The notes under the pieces were generated by a model. The model was not told where the DNA came from and searched no databases. It saw nothing but the letters and a program-made list of their open reading frames with translations. From Phoronis australis (lineage: Eukaryota; Animalia; Phoronida), in NCBI GenBank assembly GCA_002633005.1, contig NMRA01000498.1:259329-323328 (forward strand): 64,000 nt of DNA, in the 5' to 3' direction. The position numbers and the translations under genes were made by a program. This document shows, in pieces, positions 12,401 to 25,350 of the stretch; positions within the stretch are counted from its first letter, which is position 1; each line of letters starts with the position of its first letter.

Positions 12401-15400
12401 GAGCTGAAAATTAAACGATAAGAATATTTAAGGGGAGCTTTGTTTAACATATACTGCTATTACTTTCACACTAAAAGTGAGTTTGAGCATGGACCTAAAA
12501 TAATTAACTCCATTTGTGAACAAGAGCAACNNNNNNNNNNNNNNNNNNNNNNNNNNNNNNNNNNNNNNNNNNNNNNNNNNNNNNNNNNNNNNNNNNNNNN
12601 NNNNNNNNNNNNNNNNNNNNNNNNNNNNNNNNNNNNNNNNNNNNNNNNNNNNNNNNNNNNNNNNNNNNNNNNNNNNNNNNNNNNNNNNNNNNNNNNNNNN
12701 NNNNNNNNNNNNNNNNNNNNNNNNNNNNNNNNNNNNNNNNNNNNNNNNNNNNNNNNNNNNNNNNNNNNNNNNNNNNNNNNNNNNNNNNNNNNNNNNNNNN
12801 NNNNNNNNNNNNNNNNNNNNNNNNNNNNNNNNNNNNNNNNNNNNNNNNNNNNNNNNNNNNNNNNNNNNNNNNNNNNNNNNNNNNNNNNNNNNNNNNNNNN
12901 NNNNNNNNNNNNNNNNNNNNNNNNNNNNNNNNNNNNNNNNNNNNNNNNNNNNNNNNNNNNNNNNNNNNNNNNNNNNNNNNNNNNNNNNNNNNNNNNNNNN
13001 NNNNNNNNNNNNNNNNNNNNNNNNNNNNNNNNNNNNNNNNNNNNNNNNNNNNNNNNNNNNNNNNNNNNNNNNNNNNNNNNNNNNNNNNNNNNNNNNNNNN
13101 NNNNNNNNNNNNNNNNNNNNNNNNNNNNNNNNNNNNNNNNNNNNNNNNNNNNNNNNNNNNNNNNNNNNNNNNNNNNNNNNCACTTCATCCCACTCTCCCC
13201 CTCTCCTTCCCCCTCTACCTCCACCCAACATTTCCCCAAACACAAGCTACTTCTACCAATAACCCATATCTCGGCCAAAACTTCAGCTTAACTATTCACT
13301 TGAAAACAGGAACAACTCACCACCATCCTAACTCTAACTCCTCGAGGCCAGGGCATCCACCTGCAAGTTCCAGCAGTCCAGTCTCTGTTAAAGAGTGTGC
13401 CCTCCAAACATCCAGTGATTTCAGTTGGCTGTAAGTAACGCGTACATGTACATTACAACTAGACACTGAGAGAACAGCTCAAGAAACTCGGTCCTGGCGT
13501 GCGTTCAGTAGACGCTAGGACCTACGCCAGGACCTAGCTAAAACCTAGTCAAAGTCACGTGTTCTCATTTAAAATGCACGGCAATATCTCACGTAATCTC
13601 GCGAAGTCTTGGTTTTTAGCAAGGTCCTAGCGTTACGGGAGGCAGGTCATACGTCATATTTTTCACAGTACATTCAAAACTACACTGAATACTAATTGTA
13701 CTTAAATTTACACTATTTGAAGGTAAATGCTTCCTAACTCAGCAGATAAGGTCATGAAAATTACTTGATGCTGATCCGCACCTGACCCATTTGGAAACCT
13801 GCACCTCGCTGTTTAAAGAAAAATGTAAGAATCACATTCACTTTCAGCAGCACCAGGCGACACTAGAGGAAAAATGGCGAATCCTGACATAGTTCAGCTA
13901 CCACCAGGTGGCCGCTTATTTTTGAAAATATGGTCAACCAAAAATAACCCCAGCACATCAATTTGCAAAAAAAGCAGAATTAATCATGGCCTAATATGGT
14001 GGCCAAATAAAATTCTAGTTGGTCGAGAGTACCATCTGTCAACAAGAGTAAACATCCAGTCACTATAAGTAAAACTTAAAACATGGTTTGCAGAAACTTT
14101 AGCAATTATTTTAGGGCAACAGCTTCACTAGAAACATTTAAAAACGCAATAAACCTGCACTGTCAGTCAAAAACTAACTTTTAATTTAGTCCATTTAATG
14201 TCATAAAATAGGTTCCTTACTCACTTGAGAAATGATCTCAAAACTTGGAGAATTGATTGGCTGTTGCTGGATCAGACCAGGCTCACTGAGTTGCTTTATA
14301 ACAGTGGATGAGTTATAAGAGAAAAATTATGGCCACGAGGGCAGATCTAGCCGTTATGTTACTTCAACCAATTTCAACTCGAAGAAAGAACCCGGTGGAA
14401 GTGCAAATATGTCTGCTTGTGAGAAGAAAACTGGAATATCCTTTACTGCGGCTTTAAACATTTGAGCCTACTTACAAAAGACATTTTAACTGGAAATACT
14501 TACGGACTATTCCTTGCTAGGGCCAAGGCTACAGAATCAAAATTCTTAATATATTGGCACGAGCCCAGATTAAGATGCTCCAGCTTGTTACAACTCCTAC
14601 AACAGTACAATTACAACAATGGATGGAGATAAACTCTCATTTAACAAAGCAGGCTACGCCATTGTTAATCTGACAGTCCATTGCAAATTACGTTTGTGGA
14701 TTTTGGCTACGTGAACTCCACACCGAGAGTCACATTTACTGGGACAGTTGAACAGGGTCAAGGGCAAGTATAAATTACGAAAAGATTGTATGTTGGAGAT
14801 TTTTGAGTGTCATTATTTAACCAGAAGATTTCTTTAACTTAAGACTTTGAAAAGTTGTGAAAGCCATATGAATAGAACAGAGCATAACTTACACTATATT
14901 GATTGTGAAGCAAACTTAGGGGCTTCCGGGAGTGTAGACTGGACACACTATTATCACTGATCAGAACTGAATAGGCCTTTGCCCAGTCTTCAAGAGTGGG
15001 GAATAAAACATGGTAATAATGTCCCATCAGTTAGTGGGACTACTGGATACACAATTAAATCAGATGATCTGAATTACAGCTATCTCCCACAAAGCTTGGT
15101 CGATTTTTGCAAGGAAAAAAATCTTTATACTCAAATTTTTATGAAGAATTCAAATGTGGGCTCCGTTTCCATCCACACGAAAGGTGAATAATGAAATCAA
15201 ACGTCTTAATTCTATAGGCAACTCTTATCTTAATGCTGTAAGATAAAAGTGCAATAAAGAGTATTTGAGCGGAAGGACTAGTGGTTTTCTGACAGCCGGT
15301 CCACCTGCCAACTCTAGACAGTCCATTGCGACAATATAATGTCACAGGGTGTTTCTTTTACAATCCAGGTATGTTTTGTAGAACCGGAGAAGGTAGAATG

Positions 15401-18400
15401 TTACAAAATCAGTCTGTGAAAAAAATACTGTTACAGACGAATCAAGACTGTCATGAATAAGCACGAATGTAACCACCAGATGACGCCAGCAAAGAGAATC
15501 CCTGAGAACAACTAACCTACATTTGACTTACATAATAATGGATATTATGGTTTCCATGTCGACAAAGGAACGGTATAGATTGAGGTATTTCAGGTGCTTT
15601 ACGCGTGACACTGTAAGAAAACCTTTGTTGCTCACTTCTCTGCAACTTTGAAGATCAAGTTCTGAAAAGGAACACAAAAATCACACATTAGAAACTTGGC
15701 CCCTACTACCGCCGTGTATACTTCGTCAAAATTTGTGCCCAGATTGTGGTAGACAGAATTCTTTGACATCAGAAACACCGATCTAGCATTTTTTGTACAG
15801 AAAGGCAAGGGCCACATTAACGATGGCTGGTGATTTTTTAATCTGTTTGACTTCTGAAACTGCCCCATGAGCAGTTATGCTGGAATCATTTTTGCAAGGT
15901 AATGTGATAAATATTATCCAAACACGATTACGTTTAAACCATTGATACCCGTTGATGAAAGTAGTTCCACCAGGATTTGGTAATTGGGTACACATAAACC
16001 AAAAAAAAAGAGAAAATCCTCTTAAAAGATGAAAATTCCAAGCCCTGACTTCCTATGATTGTTGAAACACTATTTTGAGGGAGTGATTCCTAATGACATG
16101 ACACTCATGCAGGTAAACCCATTACAGTTCATGTTTACACCATCATGATATATCAGTATATGAGTGGATGAACTAAGTGGTGAATATACAATGGTCAGAT
16201 TTTATTAACACAGTATGTTAAAGAGGTATGTAATACTAAGGACAGGACTTTCAGTTGATATTTTCCAAAGTGCAAAACTAATTATGTGCGAATTAAGTGC
16301 ATCAAGAAACTATCAGTGAGTAGTCTTGGGCGAAATAAGTGAGGGACAAAATGCTGTTTTCGCAAATAAATTTAGGTGTGCAAAATGAAGTGTGCATGTT
16401 AAGTATGTGGATAATTAACATAATATTTTCACATGTTGTCCAAATAACTTGTAGGACTCGGGAAGAGTGTTGAAAAGTTTGTACAGTGGACTATAAAAGT
16501 TGGACACATCATTATCATGCCAGTGTTGCAAAAACACTCACATTTGAACACTGTTATTATAAGTATTATTATGAACATTAGACTTGTGATAATTTGAGTA
16601 ATTATTAATTATTATCCTTTCGGCGCTACCATTATTCACAACTTGACACCTTTAAATACCTTCTAAGCTTGGACACCCCAGAACAATTGTCTGCATCACA
16701 TCGTCATCAACAAAAGGACAACAAGCCAAACTTAGTGTGACCAGCTGAGCACCACAGTTCACTAACAAGCTGGAATTAAAAATGAGAATTAGACAAACTT
16801 AGCAAACTCTCTTATTTCTATCAAGGAATGCAGAAGGGGCACTTAATCAAACAGTCAATCGTGCGTTCTATGTAATTTATTGCATGGTCATTTCTCTAAA
16901 AAAATACCGCAGAAATTGAATTTTCTTTATTCCGGAAATTGGGGAAAAGGGCGACTTTAAAGTTCACCACGTTTCTCAAATTTTCAATCTTCTGAGTCCC
17001 CACATAATTGGGCAAGTCATTGCTTTAGGATGAAATCTTATGTCTTCAATAACTCACCGTGAGTGGCTAAAACAATTTATACCAGTCAAAGATCTTGTCA
17101 TCGACGAGCCAGTTGAAATTGCCGAGTCTCTTGAAGGGTTCTGTACACAATACACAGGTCACATAGGTTCACATTCGCAGTAAATTAATCGCTAAATCAC
17201 TCCCAATTCACACTTCACACTAAGTCTGTTAAGTTTATGGCTAGTTACGATATACAAAGTTTAACTGCAAAATTGAAACACATGTTGTCTGTACAAATAA
17301 CCTACTCACACTTGGAATGTGGCGTTGTTAATCAGCCCGTATTTCCCACACCAGGATAAGTTTAGTCGCACAAGCTGATAGCATTTCTGAGAAAGTACTT
17401 CCAATGTAGAATTGTTAGCCTGGAACAATACACAATCACAATATTCTTGATCAACAAATTAAACCATGTGGGACTACTTGCACATGACAGCAAAATGCGA
17501 TGAGCCACCACTGTCGAATAGATCTTCAACTCGTCAACAATACCAGCAGATGACCTGGTTCGTGTAGAAAGCATTTTTATCAACAATTTAAATACAAGAA
17601 GATGCGTAACCCCATACACGCAGCCAGCCTCCAATATGGGGGGGGGGCTCGAATTCCTGACTTGTGGACCTTTTGGTAAAAAAAAGTTGTCGGAATAAAA
17701 AAAGGAGCACCACATGACTGTGAATTGCGCTTTTGTGCATGTTTAATGGACTTTTGCCTCATTTTCTCGTACTTTTGGTCTCTCAGAGGCGGACATTTTT
17801 GCCCACTTCGCCAAATGGGGNNTTCGAGCCTGGGTGCACGCATGAACCCTGCATTCAGCATTATACCTAATCAGTAACACTACGATCAGCGTAATTTGGT
17901 CATATTTACTTTTCATGTTTCGAAAATAGTTTTCCAAAAAAATATACCCTTTCGTCAGACAACTCTTGTGCATTGACATGTTCTCTAATCTATTTTTTGA
18001 TGTCTCTGTGTTTAATTGTCGACACATTTTTAAGATTTAATATCCAGGTTGGACTCGAAAGACCGGCCACTTATCTCAGGCAATGTCAACTTTCGCTTTG
18101 TTTATCGCAGTGAGCCTCGCTTTGGATTTTAATGTCCACTTCGTGAATTAAGTCTATGCAAAGACAGCTAACAAAAGGTTTCTGTCTGGGCTGAAAACAT
18201 AATTGTTTTATTACCCCCTGTAAATCAGAGGATAGCCAAGCCTGGAATGATTGAAGCACACACTCAGCTTCTAGCCATCTGAAGAGCCTCCAGGACCATG
18301 AGTGTTATGTACACCCCTTATGATTACCTTATCCCAATAGGGCTGAAGATTGAGCTCTGTATACTGTAATGGATCACAGCAATGTTTGTAGAGAAGGCTG

Positions 18401-21400
18401 CAACATCAAACGAACTTCATACTGACAAGAAACAAATGCAGCAAATCTACAATTTTGATTGATCACAATTTATCATAAAAAATTTCACATGAATTTATAC
18501 GAACCATTTCTGCGAAACCAAATTGTCTGATGAGATGCAAATGGTTAATAAGAATTCCCAATTAAACAGTTGATATCATTTTTAATGCAAAGTTTATCAT
18601 CAATCGTGATTTTGTACGACTTCTTATCAAGAAGCAACTATAACTGATCAAAGAGATAATGCATGAATGATGCTATGACTGATAATTAGGCTGATCTCAG
18701 CCTGATGATCGCTTACCATCAGTCTAATATCAATTCATCCAAAATGGGGTTGTACAACACCACCACAACGAAAACCAATACAACGGACCTTGGAATAAAG
18801 TTTAATACAGGATCACTACGCATGCACATGCGTAGCTGATAACTAGAGTAAGACTTGATTTTTAGTGACAACGGGAAACGGAAAAAAATCACGGAATAAG
18901 ACGTCTTTCCCAGAGTTTGGTTCACCCTACAGATTCAGGCGACCAAGACATCTAACTGGTTTGGAAGCTGGGAGCCATGATTGACAATCAATCAGACAGC
19001 TCAGCCGGCCGACTCAGATGAACAGGCAGTGACACAAGTACACAGTCACATGCTGCGTGTCTACATCCTTGTGCCTTGGATATTTAAGGAATTGTAACAG
19101 TATTTTTTTACTTATTTTGCACAAAAACAAATTACTAAAATTACCCCTTTTCTATTTTCCAGAAACAGATTACCTTAATTCAAACAGTGTAATGAATATC
19201 AACCCCATTCCGCTCTTAAAAATATTGAAAAATGAAGCAAAATTCCCCTCATGATGCCCCAAAATTCCCCTCAAGTGATTAAAAAATTCACCCTGAGGTT
19301 CAAATCACTTGCAACTCTAGCAGGTGACAATTTGAAGAGTACAAAATAATAGAGGCAGAGCCTATGAGGGCTCGCAACAGGGCGGGAGTGCTATTGACGG
19401 TGACTAGAAGGTAGAATTTTCCCCCACCCCGAAATATTCCCATCTCAGAAGCCACAGGCACCTCTCCCCTTGCATGAATGATAGAAGCCCTAAGTGGGGC
19501 AAATTAGTGAAAAATTACCATCTTTGCACTTACTGACATGTTCTTGATAATCTACACAGGGACTGAAGGTCTAAGTAGCTGAGTATTAGCTGTATAACTT
19601 CTTGCTGTAATAAATACCAAGAGCAAGATGGAGTGTTGATATGTGATCACTGTGTGCATCACATTCTGTACAGACACATTGGTATGATCATTATTTTTAA
19701 CATTACCACTAGAGGGAGCAATCCTAGTAAACTTAAACTAGCTTCTAGAGAGAGCAAAGCGTGTCCGAACTGCTCTCCTCAGTAGGAACACACCTTTCAT
19801 CATGATTCTTCAAGAAGTTTGGAGAGTAGGGACGCAGAGACAAAGAACACAAAAAATCCGTCAAGGAAATCCGAAAATACAGATGATAATGTAAAAAATA
19901 AATTTGCCACTATGGTCGCACTGGTGATCAGGTCTGTCTGATAGTTCTTGCCATTCGTTGTCATGTTCACTTGCCAAATTTCATGAAGATCCTGCAATGG
20001 GTTTAAAAGCTACAGCTGCGGGTGCAAAAAATCCCATTCAGGGGCTGCCAGAGTAGTCGAAGTCATCTGAAAATTTAAGTCAGTTTTTCTCTTCTCAGTA
20101 GGTAAACATTTGATGAATAATAATGATCCTCAGAGCGGTTTAGCCGAGAGAGAAGCGAACACCAAACAAGAAACACAAAAACAGTAAAAATGGCCACTAA
20201 TCTATCGTCATCTCCGTAATAGACGGACATCTACTCGACAAATTTCATGAAAATCCTTCAAGGAACTTGGGAGACATAGAGGCTAACGTAAAAAGCTCTG
20301 GTGCACAGCAGTAGCTAAATCCAAACAGTTGGTCCTGCCGTTCAATGGCAGGAGCATGTTCTCAAAATTTCATGAGAATCCAATAACAGTTTTTGGAGAC
20401 AGAGCAGCAGACCCTCAACAGACGCCAGATGGAGATGACGGCGTAATGCGCTCATATCAAATTGAACTGCTAATTTCTGCAGAGCAAATCCACATCACAG
20501 TTTTGCTCACGATAAACTTTGAACTCTTGCTAAGTCCAGTGCCGGATCAACAGTGAAGCAGAAGTAGCATAAGTATGTTGGGGCCCCGCGCTTGTTGGGG
20601 TCCCGCACTTGTTGGGGCCCCGCGCTTGTTGGGGGTCCCACGCTTGTTGGTGCCCTGCACTTGTTCGGACACCGCTCTTGCTGGGACCAAGCACTTATTG
20701 GGGCCGACACTCACAGCATGAAGCACCAATATCACAAACGTATTCATATTTCTAAGCCTACGGAAGCACTGACCTCGGGCAATGCAAATCCAATTTGGTA
20801 AGTTAGAGCAGGGCCCGGCCATTTTCAATAAGTGTAGGGTGAAGGGTGCAAGGCCCTCCTGAGTCAGTAATGTTCAAAGAACTGTAGGTGCCATAATGCT
20901 TCTCAAATTGTAAATGTGCACATAAAAAAAAGAACACTGGCTCCCAAAAATGCCGAGACTAACCAAGACGACAGGCATTCACTGAACATACTGTTTGATT
21001 GGGGTTGTTAAGATACAGAGCAGCAAAATAAATTTGAAAATTTGCGCGAAATGCATTTATTTGACAAAGATAGCACAAGCACAGGGCCCCTGATTAGCAG
21101 AGTGTGAATTATCCTAAAATTGTCCAATTCCATCTCATCATATAGAAGCCGTCTCAATTTCTTTCTGGGAAAATTACTCATACATTGCTTTTGCTTTGAG
21201 ATAATCGCTGTATGAGTATTTGAGTAGGGCCCCATGCTTTGACTTATGCTATGGACCCTGCAATTGCTATTAATATAGCACTGGCCAAGTCCAGTACAGA
21301 AGGGGAAAGACTACTGAGAAATCTCACTGAGAGTGCATGAGTGTTCCAAAGCAAACCAAATCAACTGTTTTTTTTTACCAGAATATCATCACATTCTACA

Positions 21401-24400
21401 CACAATACTTGATGTTATTTCATGTTACACATTCACGACTGTTAGGCTACAAGCATTGTTAAGATAGTCCTTGGTGCCAATATTGATGAGATACATTGAA
21501 AACTTACTGGTAGAAATTGAAAGTAGTCTTGCCCATCTCCAGCAGGAGGTGATATCTGGAGTTTACTGAGGAGCTCTCCTGTACTGGAGACATGATCACA
21601 AGCTGCCTTCTTCTCTGACATGTCATTATAAGGGATGCCAATAACATTCACCGCATCGAGTTCTGTGTAGTAATCCAGATGGCGAGAGTTGAACTCCAGC
21701 CGCAACAATCTGGAAAGAATGCATTCCTTATCCCCTCATAATATAAAGAAAAATGTGATATTTTGTATCTAGCTGCCTGTACTTTGAGTCTGTAGCACAC
21801 CCTTGAGAAAGAGTGCATCGCTCGATACGTGGGGATATTTTAATATATTTTAGTACAGACGCTCGTCATTTTAGTTTTACCTGACTACTTTGTGATCAAC
21901 ATAGGACAACAAACAGTCAGACTTTAACATATCACTACAGGCTGAAAAAATATTAGGAAAATGATGTTTTGGAAATCATAGCAAAAAGGTTTATTTATCT
22001 ACACCTGCAGGTACAATATTACGAGACAGATGAGTCTCGTCTTCATCTCGAAAACTTGGGCTGGCAAATGATACAGTATTTATCAACAGACAACAAAGGG
22101 ACTTGAAATAAGCAGACGTCAAGCACATATTGCACTGTTTGTACTGCTAATGGACACAGTGAATCTACAACAGATGACTGAAAAACTGCATCAAAATAAT
22201 GTTAAGATTTTTCTGACGCGTCACACTGAAATTTGACATGCACACAACACTGGTAGATTCAATTTTTCATAAAGTTTGCGTTCCACATAAATATCCATCA
22301 CAATCATGGTAGTTCTTCACCTATTTAGCACACCACATGGCGGTCTAGTGAAATATTATGTAAAATTTATGAACAAAAATAAACATCGAGACAATTTCAG
22401 TCTGTTGTTAGCTCAGTTTGTAGTGTGCATATGTCATAAAACAAGATTTAGTAGAGTTTATAATATTTACATTAATCAGCCTTTGAAAAATAGAGAAATA
22501 AAAATTTTAGCAATTGCTTTTGTGAGGAATTATTGTTACAGTAAGAGTTCTAAGAAAAAAGTAATCATCATTCCTGCAGAAAGACGAAGAATCATGCAGA
22601 CAGTGAGTACTCCCTGTACACAGGTGCAGAACTTTTAAATAACTATGGTATCAAAATCTAGTACGCCAGCCAAAATGAGAAAAGTATACAAAGACAGGCT
22701 ATTAATGATCACTGTTACAAACTAGACTCCCTGCCTACTTGGTCGGAAACGGACACTTGCGTATTTCTGGTGTAAATATGCGTACTTCATGAGGTAGTCG
22801 TTTGAGATCTCTCTGTGAACACTCCCAGAGTGTGAACCAACTGCAAAGAACGTAGTAAAGTTTGAGGAGGAAGACATGATAATTTATTTATCAGTGAACT
22901 TGACACCAACACACAATTCAAAAAAGAAAGCCGATACTTTGGCTTTTGTTTCTAATAAAATATTCAAGTTCAGTATATTTCAAGACAAAATTCAGAGTGA
23001 CTTACTATTCCCTGTATGGCATTTAAGAGGAACGTAAATGTTTTCAATGTTATTCTACTAAAATTACAAAACCATGGTTATCTAGGAGAGATGTTTTGCT
23101 CTTCATGAAACAAAAGAAGCTAACATAAATGGCCAACAAAAGACTGCATTCGTTTCCATTGAGCAAACACGAATGACAGACACAGACTCCATTCAGGATC
23201 GAGTCCATGGAAGAGAATACAAAACCAAGATGCAGGCCTTTTGCTGAGCCGTTTGCCACACTTTCTAGCGATGCACGAATAGCAGACATGCCAGTGGAAA
23301 AGTGGTCAACAGGGGAAAAATTTGTCACCAATATAATCAGAGAACTGCAATTTTAGTAAAGGTAGCACCGAGAAATCTCGCTTTAACATTTAACCTTTAA
23401 CCTGCAACAACAGTAGAATGACATAGTTGGCCCAACACATTTCCCATGTCTTCTGTCTGCACTCAGGTTTATTGAGCAAACGCAACGTACAACTTGCAAC
23501 TAAACACAGTCTCTGTGCTGGCCCAATGAACGACTCGCTGCTAAACAAAGTCTGTGTGCTAGCCCAAGGAATGACTCGCTACTACGCACAGTTTCTGTGT
23601 TGGCTCAATGAACGACTCGCTACTACTAAATACAGTCTCTGTGCTAGCCCAATGAACGACTCTCTACTAAACACAGTCTCTGTGCTGGCCCAATGAACGA
23701 CTCGCTACTAAACACAGTCTCTGTGCTAGCCCAATGAACGACTCGCTACTAAACAACGTCTCTGTGCTGGCCCAATGAACGACTCGCTACTAAACACAGT
23801 CTCTGTGCTGGCCCAATGAACGACTCGCAACTAAACACAGTCTCTGTGCTAGCCCAATGAACGACTCGCTACTAAACAACGTCTCTGTGCTGGCCCAGCG
23901 AAAGCGAATGTAGAAACAAGATATGTGGGAACTCAATACTGGACAGACATTGCCACTTCACTATTGCAGGGGTGTGAGAATCACAGCTAAGATATGTCTC
24001 TATAATCGGGAATTTGAATTCTCTATGAAGTATTCCAGCAGCCTTGACACATTGCCGCTGCCAAGCACGTGCTCACTCATGCCCCCTGTTGGACAATTAA
24101 AAGAACTGCAGCTCATGAGAAATTAAACATGCTCTTGAGAAATAATTGCTGTGAACGAGTAAGAAAAAATAATTTGTGAGTACATACTAGTTGCATTCAT
24201 GACAAAGGGTGACAGTTGTTCAGAGCATGCGATTTATGGGGGAGGAACACCTTGGTACCATATACCACCAGTTCAGAGCTAGATAGAAACATACCTTGTG
24301 GTTCCTTTAGCTAGAATTTTCACAAGAGCTCCGGGATGATATGTCTCGTAGATTTCAAGCCCAGTTAAAAAAACTGGCTCAATGTGCAGTTCTGAAAATA

Positions 24401-25309
24401 AAAGGTTCGGTGCTAAAAAGTATCTTGAAAGTAATAAAGACATATCAAGTGAACCTGCTACGCCGCTACGCCCTCTATGTGAGGTGTGGAAACTGTTGGT
24501 TCCCTTAAAGCCTACTTTGAATTGTAACACTTATAAATTTGGCATGACAGGAGTACTATATTAACAGATTTTACCCACCGCATTCACCCATGATTCCAGA
24601 CAGTCCATCCTTTGTGTTTCTAAGTCCAGCAAAACAACTACATGCAATCTACTTTCCTTGATAGTAAGACGACTGAAATGAATTTACTTAACAATAGTAA
24701 GAATCTCAACAGTGACAATGTACTGCAAATTACAACCCAGTAATGCTTGACTAACCGTAGCCAAGTTTTCTTCTGAGGCCAAAAGAGATGCCTTGAATTA
24801 CACAATTTTGGTCTGGACCATGGTACGCCTAACTCAGTTACACAAAGTAAACATCTGGGGTGTCAAGTTTCTCCACAAAGGAGTTTAGAAGCAGAATGCA
24901 TTGTGCTAATTCTGTGACTTTCACTCTTCAAGTTAATGCAACTCTTCTCATAGTTGGACATTTTTTTCATTCAAAGTTGGTGAAATGTATTTCTTTTAGA
25001 CAAATGCAAAAACAACTTAGTCGCGCCTGTGAAAGCACAAATTTAAAAGTGGACACTCACAACCAAATTGAATGTCTGAGATGCATATTAACTGTCTCCC
25101 ACTAAGGGACTGGGCTCAAAATCTGAATGGCTGATGTCAGCCAAGGCCGATAATTCCCCATCGCAGTGAGCAAAACTCAGGTCACTAGACTTGGGGGAAA
25201 ACTTGACACTGTCAGAATGTGGCCCTGAATAATAAGTAAGGTTCAGTTGGCAAGTCCTTAAAGCCGACAGAGTCTGATTGAAACACCAGTGTAAACATGG
25301 TTAGCAAGA

Positions 25310-25350
<41 letters not shown>

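Noticed and set aside
12428-13291. Long ORFs of 248-283 aa (also 31323-31760)
   Set aside because: Artefacts of translating N gaps.
23499-23897. CRISPR array
   Set aside because: Head-to-tail 41-bp units without unique spacers, inside a eukaryotic intron, with no cas genes.
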